A DNA stretch of 64,000 nucleotides from Alkalispirochaeta sp. GTDB taxonomy: Bacteria; Spirochaetota; Spirochaetia; DSM-27196; Alkalispirochaetaceae. The number at the start of each line of letters is the position of its first letter. The stretch's first letter is position 1. Location of the stretch: assembly GCA_965242725.1 (NCBI GenBank), contig CBDESZ010000005.1, positions 1 through 64,000 on the forward strand, in the 5' to 3' direction. Position numbers and translations under genes: made by a program. Positions 1 through 8,987 of this stretch are shown piece after piece. Below the pieces are notes generated by a model. The model searched no databases. It was given only the letters and a program-made list of their open reading frames with translations, and was not told the DNA's origin.

Positions 1-77
1 CGCGGCGTCTATGGAGCGCATTGAACTGTGGTAACCCACTTCCATGAAAAAAACGTACCGCCGTCACACGGGGAAAA

Positions 78-422
78 TCAACCTGGGGGCCACCCCATTT
101 TTCGCCCTCCCAGGATGTGGGCGTGGATATAGGGTACCGTCTGAAGTGCGTCGGCACCCGTGTTGAAGACGACGCGATAGCCGTTGTCCTCCAGTCCGAG
201 GGTCCGGGCGGTGCGGGCGATACCGTGCATGAAGGAGCCCAGTATGGCCGGATCGTGGTCGACCGATTCGGCGACGCTTTTCATGCGTGTCCGGGGGACG
301 ACGAGGACATGCGTCGGTGCCTGAGGGTTGATATCGCGAAAGGCGACAACGTGGTCGTCTTCGTACACGATATCGGCCTGCATTTCTCCTGATATGATCT
401 TGTCGAAGATTGTCGGTTCCAT
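78..422 (-). CDS. hinT: Histidine triad (HIT) nucleotide-binding protein
   Basis: TIFDKII...VYEDD..AFRDINPQAPTHVLVVP; YIHAHILGG triad-like motif; C-terminal WPPG. Confidence 0.92.
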   Translation of the reverse strand: MEPTIFDKIISGEMQADIVYEDDHVVAFRDINPQAPTHVLVVPRTRMKSVAESVDHDPAILGSFMHGIARTARTLGLEDNGYRVVFNTGADALQTVPYIHAHILGGRKMGWPPG

Positions 423-476
423 CGTTCCATCGTAACGTTCCCGCCGCAGCTGCTCAAGAATGTGTTGCGCTCCGCG

Positions 477-527
477 CCGTACCCGCCGTACCCGCCGTAC
501 CCGTACCCGTACCCGTACCCGTACCCG
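477..527. repeat. Intergenic tandem repeat (CCGTACCCG)x2 + (CCGTAC)x5
   Basis: Read directly from the sequence. Confidence 0.9.
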
Positions 528-533
528 CGGTGG

Positions 534-920
534 TCAGTGCATGCGGCGGCACTGCGTGCAGCCGACGACGTGGACGTGTTTCCGTTCGTTCGGTTTTTCA
601 AACATCCGGGCGACAACATAACCGTCGGCGGGAATCTCGCGGCCGCAGACGGGACAGTGTCGGGGATGGTCGTTGTTTGAAGGATGGCAATAGGGACAGC
701 CGAACATATGGACCAGCGAGTCCCGGGGTCTATCGTCCCGGACCTTTCCGTCGGTGTGCCCCGTCGTTCCCGGTGTCGGGCCGGAATAGACGACGGTGTG
801 GACCCTCTCCCCCGGTGAGAGGAGCGTTCCGCAGAGGGGGCACGGTTTCAGAACCGCCAGTCGATCACGGCTCTTTTCCGCCATGTGATTTGCCAGTGCG
901 GAGTAATCGGAGCGGCGCAA
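534..920 (-). CDS. Hypothetical protein with four CxxC motifs (Zn-ribbon-like); true start may lie upstream
   Basis: CPLC, CPYC, CPVC, CTQC; same frame continues upstream as hydrophobic ALVLIIATLLYSLI. Confidence 0.7.
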   Translation of the reverse strand: MRRSDYSALANHMAEKSRDRLAVLKPCPLCGTLLSPGERVHTVVYSGPTPGTTGHTDGKVRDDRPRDSLVHMFGCPYCHPSNNDHPRHCPVCGREIPADGYVVARMFEKPNERKHVHVVGCTQCRRMH

Positions 921-1018
921 ATGGATCAGACTGTAGAGCAGCGTCGCGATGATGAGGACCAGTGCCCGAGAAAGAAACCCTGAATGACGTACCTCCGGGA
1001 AAAAGGTACACTGAAACG

Positions 1019-1702
1019 ATGGGACGCCTCTATATCGTCGCGACGCCGATCGGAAATCTCGGAGACATCACTTTTCGCGCCGTGGAAACGTTGCGCAAGG
1101 CGGCGTATATCGTCTGTGAGGATACACGGCAAAGCAAGAAGCTCTTGAACCACTATGGAATTTCCGCACCCCTTTTCAGCTGCCACGGCCACAACGAATC
1201 GCGCTGCCTCCCCCGCATCCTTGAGCTTCTCGCCGATGATGCCGATATTTGTTATCTCAGCGACGCGGGAACGCCGGGCATCAGTGATCCCGGAAGCCGT
1301 CTCGTACGGGAGGTGCGGGAAGCGGGCCACGGGGTCGTCCCGATTCCGGGGCCGAGCGCCGTCGCGGCAATCGTTTCGGTCAGCGGTGTTGCCGGACGGG
1401 GATGGCTCTTTGAGGGGTTTCTTCCGCCGAAAGGGACGAAACGACTCACCCGCCTGAAAATTCTTGCGGAGCGGGGAGAGCCGTTTGTCCTGTACGAGTC
1501 TCCCCATCGCATAGAGAAATTGCTGGCCGAACTGACCGAGGCTGCTCCGGGATATTCTATGGTACTGGGTCGGGAACTGACGAAAATTTACGAGCAGATT
1601 GTGGAATGTACCGTGGAAGAGGCGTACGAAAGGGTCAAAAACGGGGCCATTCCCGGCAAAGGGGAGTTTGTCGTCCTTGTATGGTCGGGAAAAAAGCGTT
1701 AA
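1019..1702 (+). CDS. rsmI: 16S rRNA C1402 2'-O-methyltransferase
   Basis: LYIVATPIGNLGDIT, CEDTR, SDAGTPGISDPG, YESPHR, RELTK. Confidence 0.95.
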   Translation: MGRLYIVATPIGNLGDITFRAVETLRKAAYIVCEDTRQSKKLLNHYGISAPLFSCHGHNESRCLPRILELLADDADICYLSDAGTPGISDPGSRLVREVREAGHGVVPIPGPSAVAAIVSVSGVAGRGWLFEGFLPPKGTKRLTRLKILAERGEPFVLYESPHRIEKLLAELTEAAPGYSMVLGRELTKIYEQIVECTVEEAYERVKNGAIPGKGEFVVLVWSGKKR

Positions 1703-1726
1703 CATTAAACGGTAAGCGGTCGATAA
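1700..1726 (+). promoter_or_regulatory. Sigma-28 (FliA) promoter of flgM
   Basis: TAAC-N15-GTCGATAA versus consensus TAAA-N15-GCCGATAA, directly upstream of flgM. Confidence 0.7.
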
Positions 1727-1751
1727 TCTGTATGAAAGGAAGGATCAATCG

Positions 1752-2039
1752 ATGACGATTGAACGGTTGGGACCTGTTGATCCGATACAGCAGTACAACA
1801 AGTCCGACAAAGTCAATAAACCGCAGAAAACTCAGTCAGCCGATTCGATAACTGTATCCGACGAGGCCAAGTTGCGCTCCGAGATCATGCAGGCAATCGA
1901 GATGGCCCGGGACGTACCCGATATTCGGCAGGACCGCGTCGAAGAGGTGCGTGCAAAATTGCAGGATCCTTCCTATATTGACGATCGGGTCGTCGACATG
2001 GTGGCAGACGAGATTCTATCCGCCTTTGGTATCGGCTGA
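1752..2039 (+). CDS. flgM: Anti-sigma-28 factor FlgM
   Basis: 95 aa; DSITVSDEAK...PDIRQDRVEEVRAKL..SY pattern; sigma-28 promoter; SD AGGAAGG. Confidence 0.85.
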   Translation: MTIERLGPVDPIQQYNKSDKVNKPQKTQSADSITVSDEAKLRSEIMQAIEMARDVPDIRQDRVEEVRAKLQDPSYIDDRVVDMVADEILSAFGIG

Positions 2040-2063
2040 TTCAGGTTTGTGGTGGAAACAACG

Positions 2064-2096
2064 GCAGTGCTATACTGATAGCACTGCTTTTTTTTT
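2064..2096 (+). terminator. Rho-independent terminator after flgM
   Basis: 10-bp stem GCAGTGCTAT/ATAGCACTGC followed by T9. Confidence 0.85.
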
Positions 2097-2123
2097 CAAA
2101 AATAGTTATTGGAACGACAGAGG

Positions 2124-3269
2124 ATGCAAGATTTTTTACTACGGGTACCGTCGACAATCGCGTTTGGACAGGATGTTCTCCCCCAGTTGGCCACCATTGC
2201 CGGGGAGTACGGAAAACGGGTATTGGTGATTTCCGAGAGCGTTCTCCATGAAGGGGATCATGTCAATCGCGTCGTGGAGATGTTGAAACGGAGCGGCCTC
2301 GAAACGATGCTGTACGACGAGCTTACACCGGGATCTCCAACCTCGGTGGTCGATGATCTGGCATCTCTCGCCGGCGCAAGTCGTGCCGGTGTCGTCGTCG
2401 GCCTCGGGGGCATGCGGGTTCTTTCAATTGCCCGTTGTGCCGCAAATATCGCCGCCAGCAAGTGCCACCTTTCGGACATGTTTGACGGAAAGGTTCCGGA
2501 CGCCTCGCTACCCTATATCGAGGTGCCCTCGTCGTATCGAAACCATCTGCTCATGCGCAATGAGTGTGTGGTGAAGGATACGGCGGCCAACCGCGCCAGG
2601 CTCCTTCAACTCGCGCCCGGTACGGTCCGGGCCGTCGTGCTTGATACCTCCTTTTCCCAGACCCTCTCCAGCAAATACGCCCTCGCCGCAATCCTCGATA
2701 CCCTCCTTGCCGCGGTGGAAGGGTACTTTTCCACGGAAAGCACGCTCTACTCCGATACGCTCCTGGAGCGGGCGATAACTGAACTGCATGGCGCGGCACT
2801 CCTGGGCGTGCGCAATCCCGCCGATCTGAGGTTCCGTAATCGCGCCGCCGAAGCGGGGCTTCTCGCGGCGCTGGGACTGGGAGTTGTCGGGCAGGGTATG
2901 GGCGGCGTTCTCGCCTATGTGATGAACGCCAGGTTTTCACTGCCCAAATCATGGGTCGCAACGGTCCTTCTTCCCCATATCGTCGATTTTCTTACACCCC
3001 GGAACTACGAAAAGGCGGCAAAAGTCGCCGCCGCCCTTGGAGAGCGGGTGGACGGTATTCGGGCTGCTGAAGACGCACCACGGGCGGCGCGGGGGATACG
3101 GAAGCTATTGAACCATATGGATCTGCCCGTCCGTTTTCGCGATCTCGACGTTGCCCATGAGGAGCTCGGCGCGGCGGCGACGGAGGTCCTTGAATATGAC
3201 GCGATCAGTTCCGTTCCCGGAGGTGTCACCGAGGCGGATCTACAGCAAGTAGTGGAATCGGCGTATTGA
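2124..3269 (+). CDS. Iron-containing alcohol dehydrogenase family protein with degenerate catalytic motifs
   Basis: PSTIAFG, GKRVLVI, VVVGLGG, PYIEVPS, AVEGY; typical family length. Confidence 0.8.
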   Translation: MQDFLLRVPSTIAFGQDVLPQLATIAGEYGKRVLVISESVLHEGDHVNRVVEMLKRSGLETMLYDELTPGSPTSVVDDLASLAGASRAGVVVGLGGMRVLSIARCAANIAASKCHLSDMFDGKVPDASLPYIEVPSSYRNHLLMRNECVVKDTAANRARLLQLAPGTVRAVVLDTSFSQTLSSKYALAAILDTLLAAVEGYFSTESTLYSDTLLERAITELHGAALLGVRNPADLRFRNRAAEAGLLAALGLGVVGQGMGGVLAYVMNARFSLPKSWVATVLLPHIVDFLTPRNYEKAAKVAAALGERVDGIRAAEDAPRAARGIRKLLNHMDLPVRFRDLDVAHEELGAAATEVLEYDAISSVPGGVTEADLQQVVESAY

Positions 3270-4222
3270 CGGGCGGCGGCACCCCCCGGAAGCCCTACCT
3301 TTCACCCCGCCGATTTGCGAAACTGTCGCCGTCCGGTGCCGGCCGGTACCTCCGTCGTCTCATGGGAGAGCTTCTCGGCCGACACCGGGGAGCTGGCGCC
3401 GATGAGTCGACCCCGAGTGTCCCCTATATTCTTTCCATTCTGAATGAGATCTCATCGTCCCGGCGATTTTCACCGGATGTTCATGAGGCTGCGGCGTCGC
3501 TCGCTTCTCTCCTCGAAGGAAGGCTCGAAAACCGTCCCGCAGAGGGACTTCAGGCACACCTTGTGGCCGACGGGGAACTCCGCCGGTATACGGTGATTCT
3601 GCTTGAACACCTCGCCGTCGCCGGGGGTATTCCTCTTGACGACGCGCCGCTGCTGGGAGGAGGGGACTATCCCTTCCGTGCGGAAGAACGGGATGATCGG
3701 GAATCTCCCGTTCTTGCCGTGCCGGTCGTTGTATACGCTCCCCATATCCGTTCTCCCTACAATGTGGGCGGTATCATCAGGAGCGCCGCCGCCTTTGGGA
3801 TTGCCGGTGTGGTTTTCGGCAGGGAGTGTCCCGATCCGTCCCATCCGCGGGCGGTGCGGACGGCGATGGGTGCCGGCGGCATGACCGTTGTACGCCGGGG
3901 AGATCTCGACACCGCCGCCGCCTTGATCGCGGCTGATGAGAATCCGGGACGAGTCGATCCCGACGGCCCTGCAGTGACTGATGTACCGGTCGTCGTCCTG
4001 GAGACCGGCGGAACAGACGCGTACGATACGCCCTATCCTCCGCGGGGAATTCTCGTCGTCGGTCACGAGGAACTCGGCGTTCCCCGGTCCGTCCTTGAGC
4101 GGTCGGGAGATGTCCGTGTCGTCACAATTCCCCATCGCGGGGCCAAGGCGTCCCTCAACGTCGGTGTGGCGGCGGGCATTGCCCTCGCCCTCTGGGACCG
4201 GTCAATGCGGATTCAGGGCTGA
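3266..4222 (+). CDS. TrmH/SpoU family RNA methyltransferase
   Basis: IRSPYNVGGIIRSA, VVGHEELGV, TIP..G.KASLNVGVA SPOUT motifs. Confidence 0.88.
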   Translation: MTGGGTPRKPYLSPRRFAKLSPSGAGRYLRRLMGELLGRHRGAGADESTPSVPYILSILNEISSSRRFSPDVHEAAASLASLLEGRLENRPAEGLQAHLVADGELRRYTVILLEHLAVAGGIPLDDAPLLGGGDYPFRAEERDDRESPVLAVPVVVYAPHIRSPYNVGGIIRSAAAFGIAGVVFGRECPDPSHPRAVRTAMGAGGMTVVRRGDLDTAAALIAADENPGRVDPDGPAVTDVPVVVLETGGTDAYDTPYPPRGILVVGHEELGVPRSVLERSGDVRVVTIPHRGAKASLNVGVAAGIALALWDRSMRIQG

Positions 4223-4227
4223 ACGGG

Positions 4228-4647
4228 CTATGCGTCGGGATTCAATTCAATGGTGTAGGAGAGTTCGGCGAGCTGCCTGAGCGTCTCCGCCACTCCGCAA
4301 TACTTGTCCTGAGAGAGTTTTACCGCCTTCTCGATTTTGTCTTCCTCAAGGGAATTGCCCCAGAAACGGTATACGACGTTGACGGCATTGTAGACTTTTG
4401 GATGGGAGTCCGTTGTGGACCCGTCGATCCTGATTTCAAAGCGGTCAAATGGCATCTGCATTTTCCCGAGGATTGAAACCACGTCCATACCGGTACATCC
4501 CGCCAAACCGCTCAGGAGGAGTGCCTTGGGGCGTGGTCCCTGGTCCTTGCCGCCAACCGATTCATCGGCGTCGACGACAAACGTGTGACCATGCAAATCG
4601 ATGTCAAACGACATATCTCCCCGCCATCGGGCTGTTGTGTGGGCCAT
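4228..4647 (-). CDS. OsmC/YhfA family protein
   Basis: GPRPKALLLSGLAGCTGMDV; LSQDKYCGV. Confidence 0.9.
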   Translation of the reverse strand: MAHTTARWRGDMSFDIDLHGHTFVVDADESVGGKDQGPRPKALLLSGLAGCTGMDVVSILGKMQMPFDRFEIRIDGSTTDSHPKVYNAVNVVYRFWGNSLEEDKIEKAVKLSQDKYCGVAETLRQLAELSYTIELNPDA

Positions 4648-4648
4648 A

Positions 4649-4879
4649 TTACCTCCTCAACGCCTTTTCGATCTTTGAAACGTCAAACCCGACGATGATT
4701 TTACCATGTATGTCGAGGACGGGAACGCCCATCTGTCCCGACTTCTTTACCATCTCGTCGGCGTGTTTTTTGTCTTTCGCGATGTTGTATTCCCGGAAGG
4801 TGACCCGGTTCTCTTTCAGGTATTTTTTGACCTTGGTGCAGAATGAACACGAAGGTGTGGTGTATACGGTGACGGCCAT
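4649..4879 (-). CDS. Glutaredoxin-like (NrdH/YruB-type) protein
   Basis: VYTTPSCSFC; SGQMGVPV; IVGFD. Confidence 0.9.
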   Translation of the reverse strand: MAVTVYTTPSCSFCTKVKKYLKENRVTFREYNIAKDKKHADEMVKKSGQMGVPVLDIHGKIIVGFDVSKIEKALRR

Positions 4880-4910
4880 AATTCGCTCCTTACAGTAATC
4901 TTATATACGA

Positions 4911-4939
4911 AAAATACTATAAAGAAAAAAAAAAGTCAA
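4911..4939 (-). promoter_or_regulatory. Putative sigma-70 promoter of the glutaredoxin-osmC pair
   Basis: TTGACT-17-TATTTT with a T10 tract running into the spacer. Confidence 0.5.
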
Positions 4940-4963
4940 CGGATCGGTTCCGGGTAGCGGTAC

Positions 4964-6466
4964 TTACCGGTCGGCGCGAGCCGACTCGCGCTCGTACTGG
5001 TCACACAGTTTCCGGTGAATCGGCTTCAACTGCTCCATGTCTTTCATGCGCAGGAGACGGGTAACCCGTACATCGATATGGCTGTAGTCGTTACCGTGGA
5101 TTTTTGCCAGCTCGTTGGCAAGATAGACGACGGAAACCACTTCCCGGAACTGATTGCTCGTTTTGAGGGGGGTGTGGTGGTGGCGAATCGTCTCGACGAG
5201 AATGTCGGGGAAGTTCCACTCCTCGGCCAGGCGGGCGCCAACCTCGGAGTGATCGATTCCATCGCTCATCTCTTCAAATACGGTGGTGGGTATACCCTTC
5301 TCCCGGGTGAAATTCTGCACGAGTTCTACCGTATCGGGGTGTATGTTCGAAAAAACGATCTTTCCCATGTCGTGGAGAATTCCCCCCACGTAGACGTCGT
5401 CAAGGATATCTTTGCGTTTCAGCACGTACCGGGCGATTCCATAGGCAAAGAAGGCGGTTCGCTGGCAGTGTTCCCACAACTTGCGGACGACGGCGTTATT
5501 GGTGCCGTCTCCGAGGACGCGTTGCGTACCATAGCTCAGAAGCATCTGTCGCAGGCCCCGCAACCCCACTACCTTCACCGCTTCCACCACGTTGTCCATG
5601 CGGCGGGCGAGCATGTACCGTGCGCTGTTGACGGTGCGCAGCAGATCCGCCGTGAGGGAGGGATCCTGTCCCAGGAGACGGGCGATCTCCGCCATTTCGA
5701 CGCGAGGATCGTCAAGCATCTTCCGCAACGTCATGATGCTTTCCGGAAACTGGGGAAGGGACTGAATGTGCTGAATCAGTTCGTCCGAAACCTTCGTGAG
5801 GTTGTCAACCTTGGCCTCGTCCATGGGGATGACAAGGCGGGCGACGGTTTCTTCGTTTTCGACGTCGATATCAAAGGTATCCTCATCGAGGCCGAGCTTT
5901 TTCAGCATGAGGACGAGAATGACGATACCGAGACCGGCGCCCTCCGTATCATCAAGGACACTGGTCATCGCCTCTTCCATCGTGCTGAACGCCCGTGAGC
6001 GGGCGATACGATCGTAGATACGAATCTGTTCTTTTCGGGTGATGATCGTATTATTGCCGACGCGGATGTGGAGTTCCCGTCCCTGGATATGGAAGGAGAT
6101 GCGGACATACAGACCGGCAGCCTCCTGTTTTTCCGTCCAGTAATCGATGTTATCAAGGGTCTCTTCCTTGAAAGTGGTCATCCCTTTCTGATAGTCGTCA
6201 TCGTCGTTGAGGTCGAGCCCCTTTTCTTCAAAATAGACCCGTTTGGTGTTTGCCTTTTTTCCGTTCACCATGAGTTCCCGGAGACAATAGGCGATTGAAT
6301 CCCTCAACAGTCCGCGATCGAGTTCTTCAAGAAAGATACCGAGCACGTCCTCCACCTGCGCTTCAACGTGGGGAGGAAGGGTATGTGTTTTTATGACGAA
6401 CGGTTTCTGTGCATGTGCGGCTTCGCGTGCCCGCTCAAGGATCGGTTCAACGTGATGATCACCCAT
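4964..6466 (-). CDS. HDOD-domain signalling protein with N-terminal HATPase-like domain
   Basis: ELMVNGKKAN and GAGLG boxes; LPQFP, DPSLTADLLRTVNS, LHDMGK, HSEVGA..AEEWNFP..IRHHH. Confidence 0.85.
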   Translation of the reverse strand: MGDHHVEPILERAREAAHAQKPFVIKTHTLPPHVEAQVEDVLGIFLEELDRGLLRDSIAYCLRELMVNGKKANTKRVYFEEKGLDLNDDDDYQKGMTTFKEETLDNIDYWTEKQEAAGLYVRISFHIQGRELHIRVGNNTIITRKEQIRIYDRIARSRAFSTMEEAMTSVLDDTEGAGLGIVILVLMLKKLGLDEDTFDIDVENEETVARLVIPMDEAKVDNLTKVSDELIQHIQSLPQFPESIMTLRKMLDDPRVEMAEIARLLGQDPSLTADLLRTVNSARYMLARRMDNVVEAVKVVGLRGLRQMLLSYGTQRVLGDGTNNAVVRKLWEHCQRTAFFAYGIARYVLKRKDILDDVYVGGILHDMGKIVFSNIHPDTVELVQNFTREKGIPTTVFEEMSDGIDHSEVGARLAEEWNFPDILVETIRHHHTPLKTSNQFREVVSVVYLANELAKIHGNDYSHIDVRVTRLLRMKDMEQLKPIHRKLCDQYERESARADR

Positions 6467-6524
6467 TGGGGTAAGTATATGCGGGGCGAAACTCTTCCTG
6501 CAACCTGATAGGTCGCTTCGTGCG

Positions 6525-8906
6525 TCAGGAGAAGTCCTTCACCTGTCCCGCCATTTGCCGCAGCCGGCGTTCAACGATGCCGTTTACGGTGTTCTTCGGA
6601 AAATGGCCGTCCTTGTTCCGTTCCCCCGCGGGAAGGCCGGTGAGGATCTCGATTCCGTCGTCAACGGTGTCGACCGCGTAAATTGAGAATTGCTCCGCGA
6701 CGATCGCCTCCTGTACCTCCCTGCTCAGGATGAGGTTCTGGATATTGGTGCGGGGGATGATGACCCCCTGGGTGCCCGTAAGGCCCATGAGCGTGCACGT
6801 CGCGTAGAAACCTTCAATCTTTTCACTGATGCCGCCGACCGGCTGAATCTGGCCGAACTGGTTTACGCTTCCCGTCACCGCAAGGTCCTGGCGGAGCGGC
6901 AGGTTGCCGATCGCCGAGAGGAGCACGTATATCTCCGTGGACGATGCAGAATCACCGTCAATTTCGACATAGCTCTGTTCAAAACCAATGCTCGCGTTTA
7001 CGGCAAGGGGAAAGTCGGTTGCAAAGGTCGCCTGGAGAAATCCCTGGATAATGTATACGCCCTTGTCGTGGAGTTCCCCGGAAAGGCCGCTTTCCCGCTC
7101 GATATTGATGATTCCGTCGTTTCCCGGTGCGACCCGGGCTGTTATGAGCATCGGGCGGCCGAAGGCGTAATACCCGCGGTCAAGGACGGAGAGACCGTTG
7201 ATCGCGCCGATGCGTTCGCCGTCCACCTGGAGGATCATCTCTCCCGAGGAGAGCTGTTCGTCGTATTTTTCTTCCGGAAGGTTGTGAAGGAACTTCCGCT
7301 TTTCCCGGGCGTACTCAACGGCCTGCCGGTCAATACGCTCTTTTCCATCCGCTTTCGCCCAGTGATTCGACTCCCGAAGAAGATCGGCGATAAGGGAGAA
7401 ACGGGTGCTCAGTTTGTTCCGGAACTCGCTCAATCGGACGCCATACTCTATGACCGCCGCGTTTCCGTCGGCAGTCGTCGGCAGCAGGTGTTCCTCCTCG
7501 CAGATCATGCGAATAAAGTCGACGTAGGCGCGGCGGGTCTCGTCGGTGTGCTCCATGACCGAGTCAAATTCGCTCAGGACCTTGAAGAGCTTTCCGAACT
7601 CCTCATCCTGGAAGAAGAGAAGATCATAAATGTGCTCATTTCCCAGGAGGATGACCTTCACGTCTATGGCGATGGGATCGGGCTTGAGACTTTGCGTCGG
7701 CTGGGCGTACGGCGTCGGGGGAGTGCGAATCTCGGTGACTTCATCCTGAAGCGCCCGTTTCAGACTGTGCCACAACTCCTCCTGGGCGAGCACATCGTCC
7801 GCCCTGAGGATGAGATATCCTCCCGAGGCGGAAAGCAGACTGCCGCTGCGGAGAGCGAGAAAACCGAACCGACCGTCGTGATCGGGATTCAGTTCCTGCG
7901 TTCCGAAGAGCTTGTGATAGTCAGGGTGGCTCTCAAAGATGACGGGGGTCTTGCCGGTATGGGTGTGGTCGACGAGGATATTCACCTCGTAACGGAGAAA
8001 CTCCTGTTCCGCCTCGTGCGTCTTTTCTCCCTCCTCGGGAAGAAAGAGGTGAAGGTTTTCGACGATGTCTTCTTTGACAAGGTCCAGATACTCCTGGATT
8101 TCAGTACCCACAAAATCCGCCTGAATCGCGCTCAGCAGCGTTTCCGCGTGGGGTTTTACCGTCTCCCGCTGAAGCTCTTTCAGCGCAGCTTCTGCGCGGA
8201 CGCGATCGCGGCGAAGAGAGACAAAAATCCCGTTCATTTGGTCCATCAGCTGATGATACCGGCCGCGCATCGTGTTCCACTCTTCGTCGCTGATCTCTCC
8301 CGCCTGGACGAGCTGGGGAATGTCGCCTATGGGGCGCGGCTCTCCGGCAATGACGGGGCTTACGTCACTCCGTTGTTCCTCGTCGTCTTTCACCTGGACG
8401 ATGGCAAACCCGTGACTCTCGACGTGGCGTTCAAAGTCGGAGAGGGCGGAAGATTCCGCTTCCTCAGTTTCGACCATAATCCTGTCGCGTCGTTCCCGGT
8501 AGACCGGCTGCTCAAGGATTGTCGGTATGTTGTCCCGAAGCTCGCTCACCGCGTCTCTGATCCGTCGCCGGAACCTGCCGGCATCACCGGTGGAGAAATA
8601 GAGCACCCGCGGCCGATCGGGTTGAGGAAAATTGTTTACCACGGCTATGTCCCGGAGGCGGCGCGGTTCAAAGGGCTGTTCCTTCAGGATGCGCATTATC
8701 GTGCTGCGTTTACCCGTCCCCGAGAGGCCTGCGGCATACACGTTGTACCCTTTTGCGCGAATGGCGATCGCCAGGTGGAGAGCTTCAATAGCCCGTGGTT
8801 GTCCTATGATTCGTCCGGGCCGGTATGTGTTCTCAGGTAACTCGTCCGAGGGGACCGAGAAAAGTGCCACCGTCGGATCCAGACGATAGCGGGAAATCGG
8901 TTGCAT
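6525..8906 (-). CDS. Lon-like (S16) ATP-dependent protease
   Basis: Walker A GLSGTGKRS; FEQSY..IDGDSAS catalytic Ser; TGSVNQFG..QPVGGISEK Lys. Confidence 0.9.
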   Translation of the reverse strand: MQPISRYRLDPTVALFSVPSDELPENTYRPGRIIGQPRAIEALHLAIAIRAKGYNVYAAGLSGTGKRSTIMRILKEQPFEPRRLRDIAVVNNFPQPDRPRVLYFSTGDAGRFRRRIRDAVSELRDNIPTILEQPVYRERRDRIMVETEEAESSALSDFERHVESHGFAIVQVKDDEEQRSDVSPVIAGEPRPIGDIPQLVQAGEISDEEWNTMRGRYHQLMDQMNGIFVSLRRDRVRAEAALKELQRETVKPHAETLLSAIQADFVGTEIQEYLDLVKEDIVENLHLFLPEEGEKTHEAEQEFLRYEVNILVDHTHTGKTPVIFESHPDYHKLFGTQELNPDHDGRFGFLALRSGSLLSASGGYLILRADDVLAQEELWHSLKRALQDEVTEIRTPPTPYAQPTQSLKPDPIAIDVKVILLGNEHIYDLLFFQDEEFGKLFKVLSEFDSVMEHTDETRRAYVDFIRMICEEEHLLPTTADGNAAVIEYGVRLSEFRNKLSTRFSLIADLLRESNHWAKADGKERIDRQAVEYAREKRKFLHNLPEEKYDEQLSSGEMILQVDGERIGAINGLSVLDRGYYAFGRPMLITARVAPGNDGIINIERESGLSGELHDKGVYIIQGFLQATFATDFPLAVNASIGFEQSYVEIDGDSASSTEIYVLLSAIGNLPLRQDLAVTGSVNQFGQIQPVGGISEKIEGFYATCTLMGLTGTQGVIIPRTNIQNLILSREVQEAIVAEQFSIYAVDTVDDGIEILTGLPAGERNKDGHFPKNTVNGIVERRLRQMAGQVKDFS

Positions 8907-8987
8907 ATCGCGGCAGTATACCGCCGCCTGATAAAGGGGGCAACATTGCAATTGTTCAAATACGAAAATACACTATGACTATTCATT

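Noticed and set aside
1..45. Start of a minus-strand CDS running off the window
   Set aside because: Only 15 codons visible; cannot be supported
477..527. CRISPR array
   Set aside because: Short tandem units with no spacers and no cas genes
6690..8840. Long antisense ORFs (also 5015-5998, 16558-18495, 30516-32378, 60272-61231)
   Set aside because: Shadows of real genes in GC-rich DNA; no recognisable motifs
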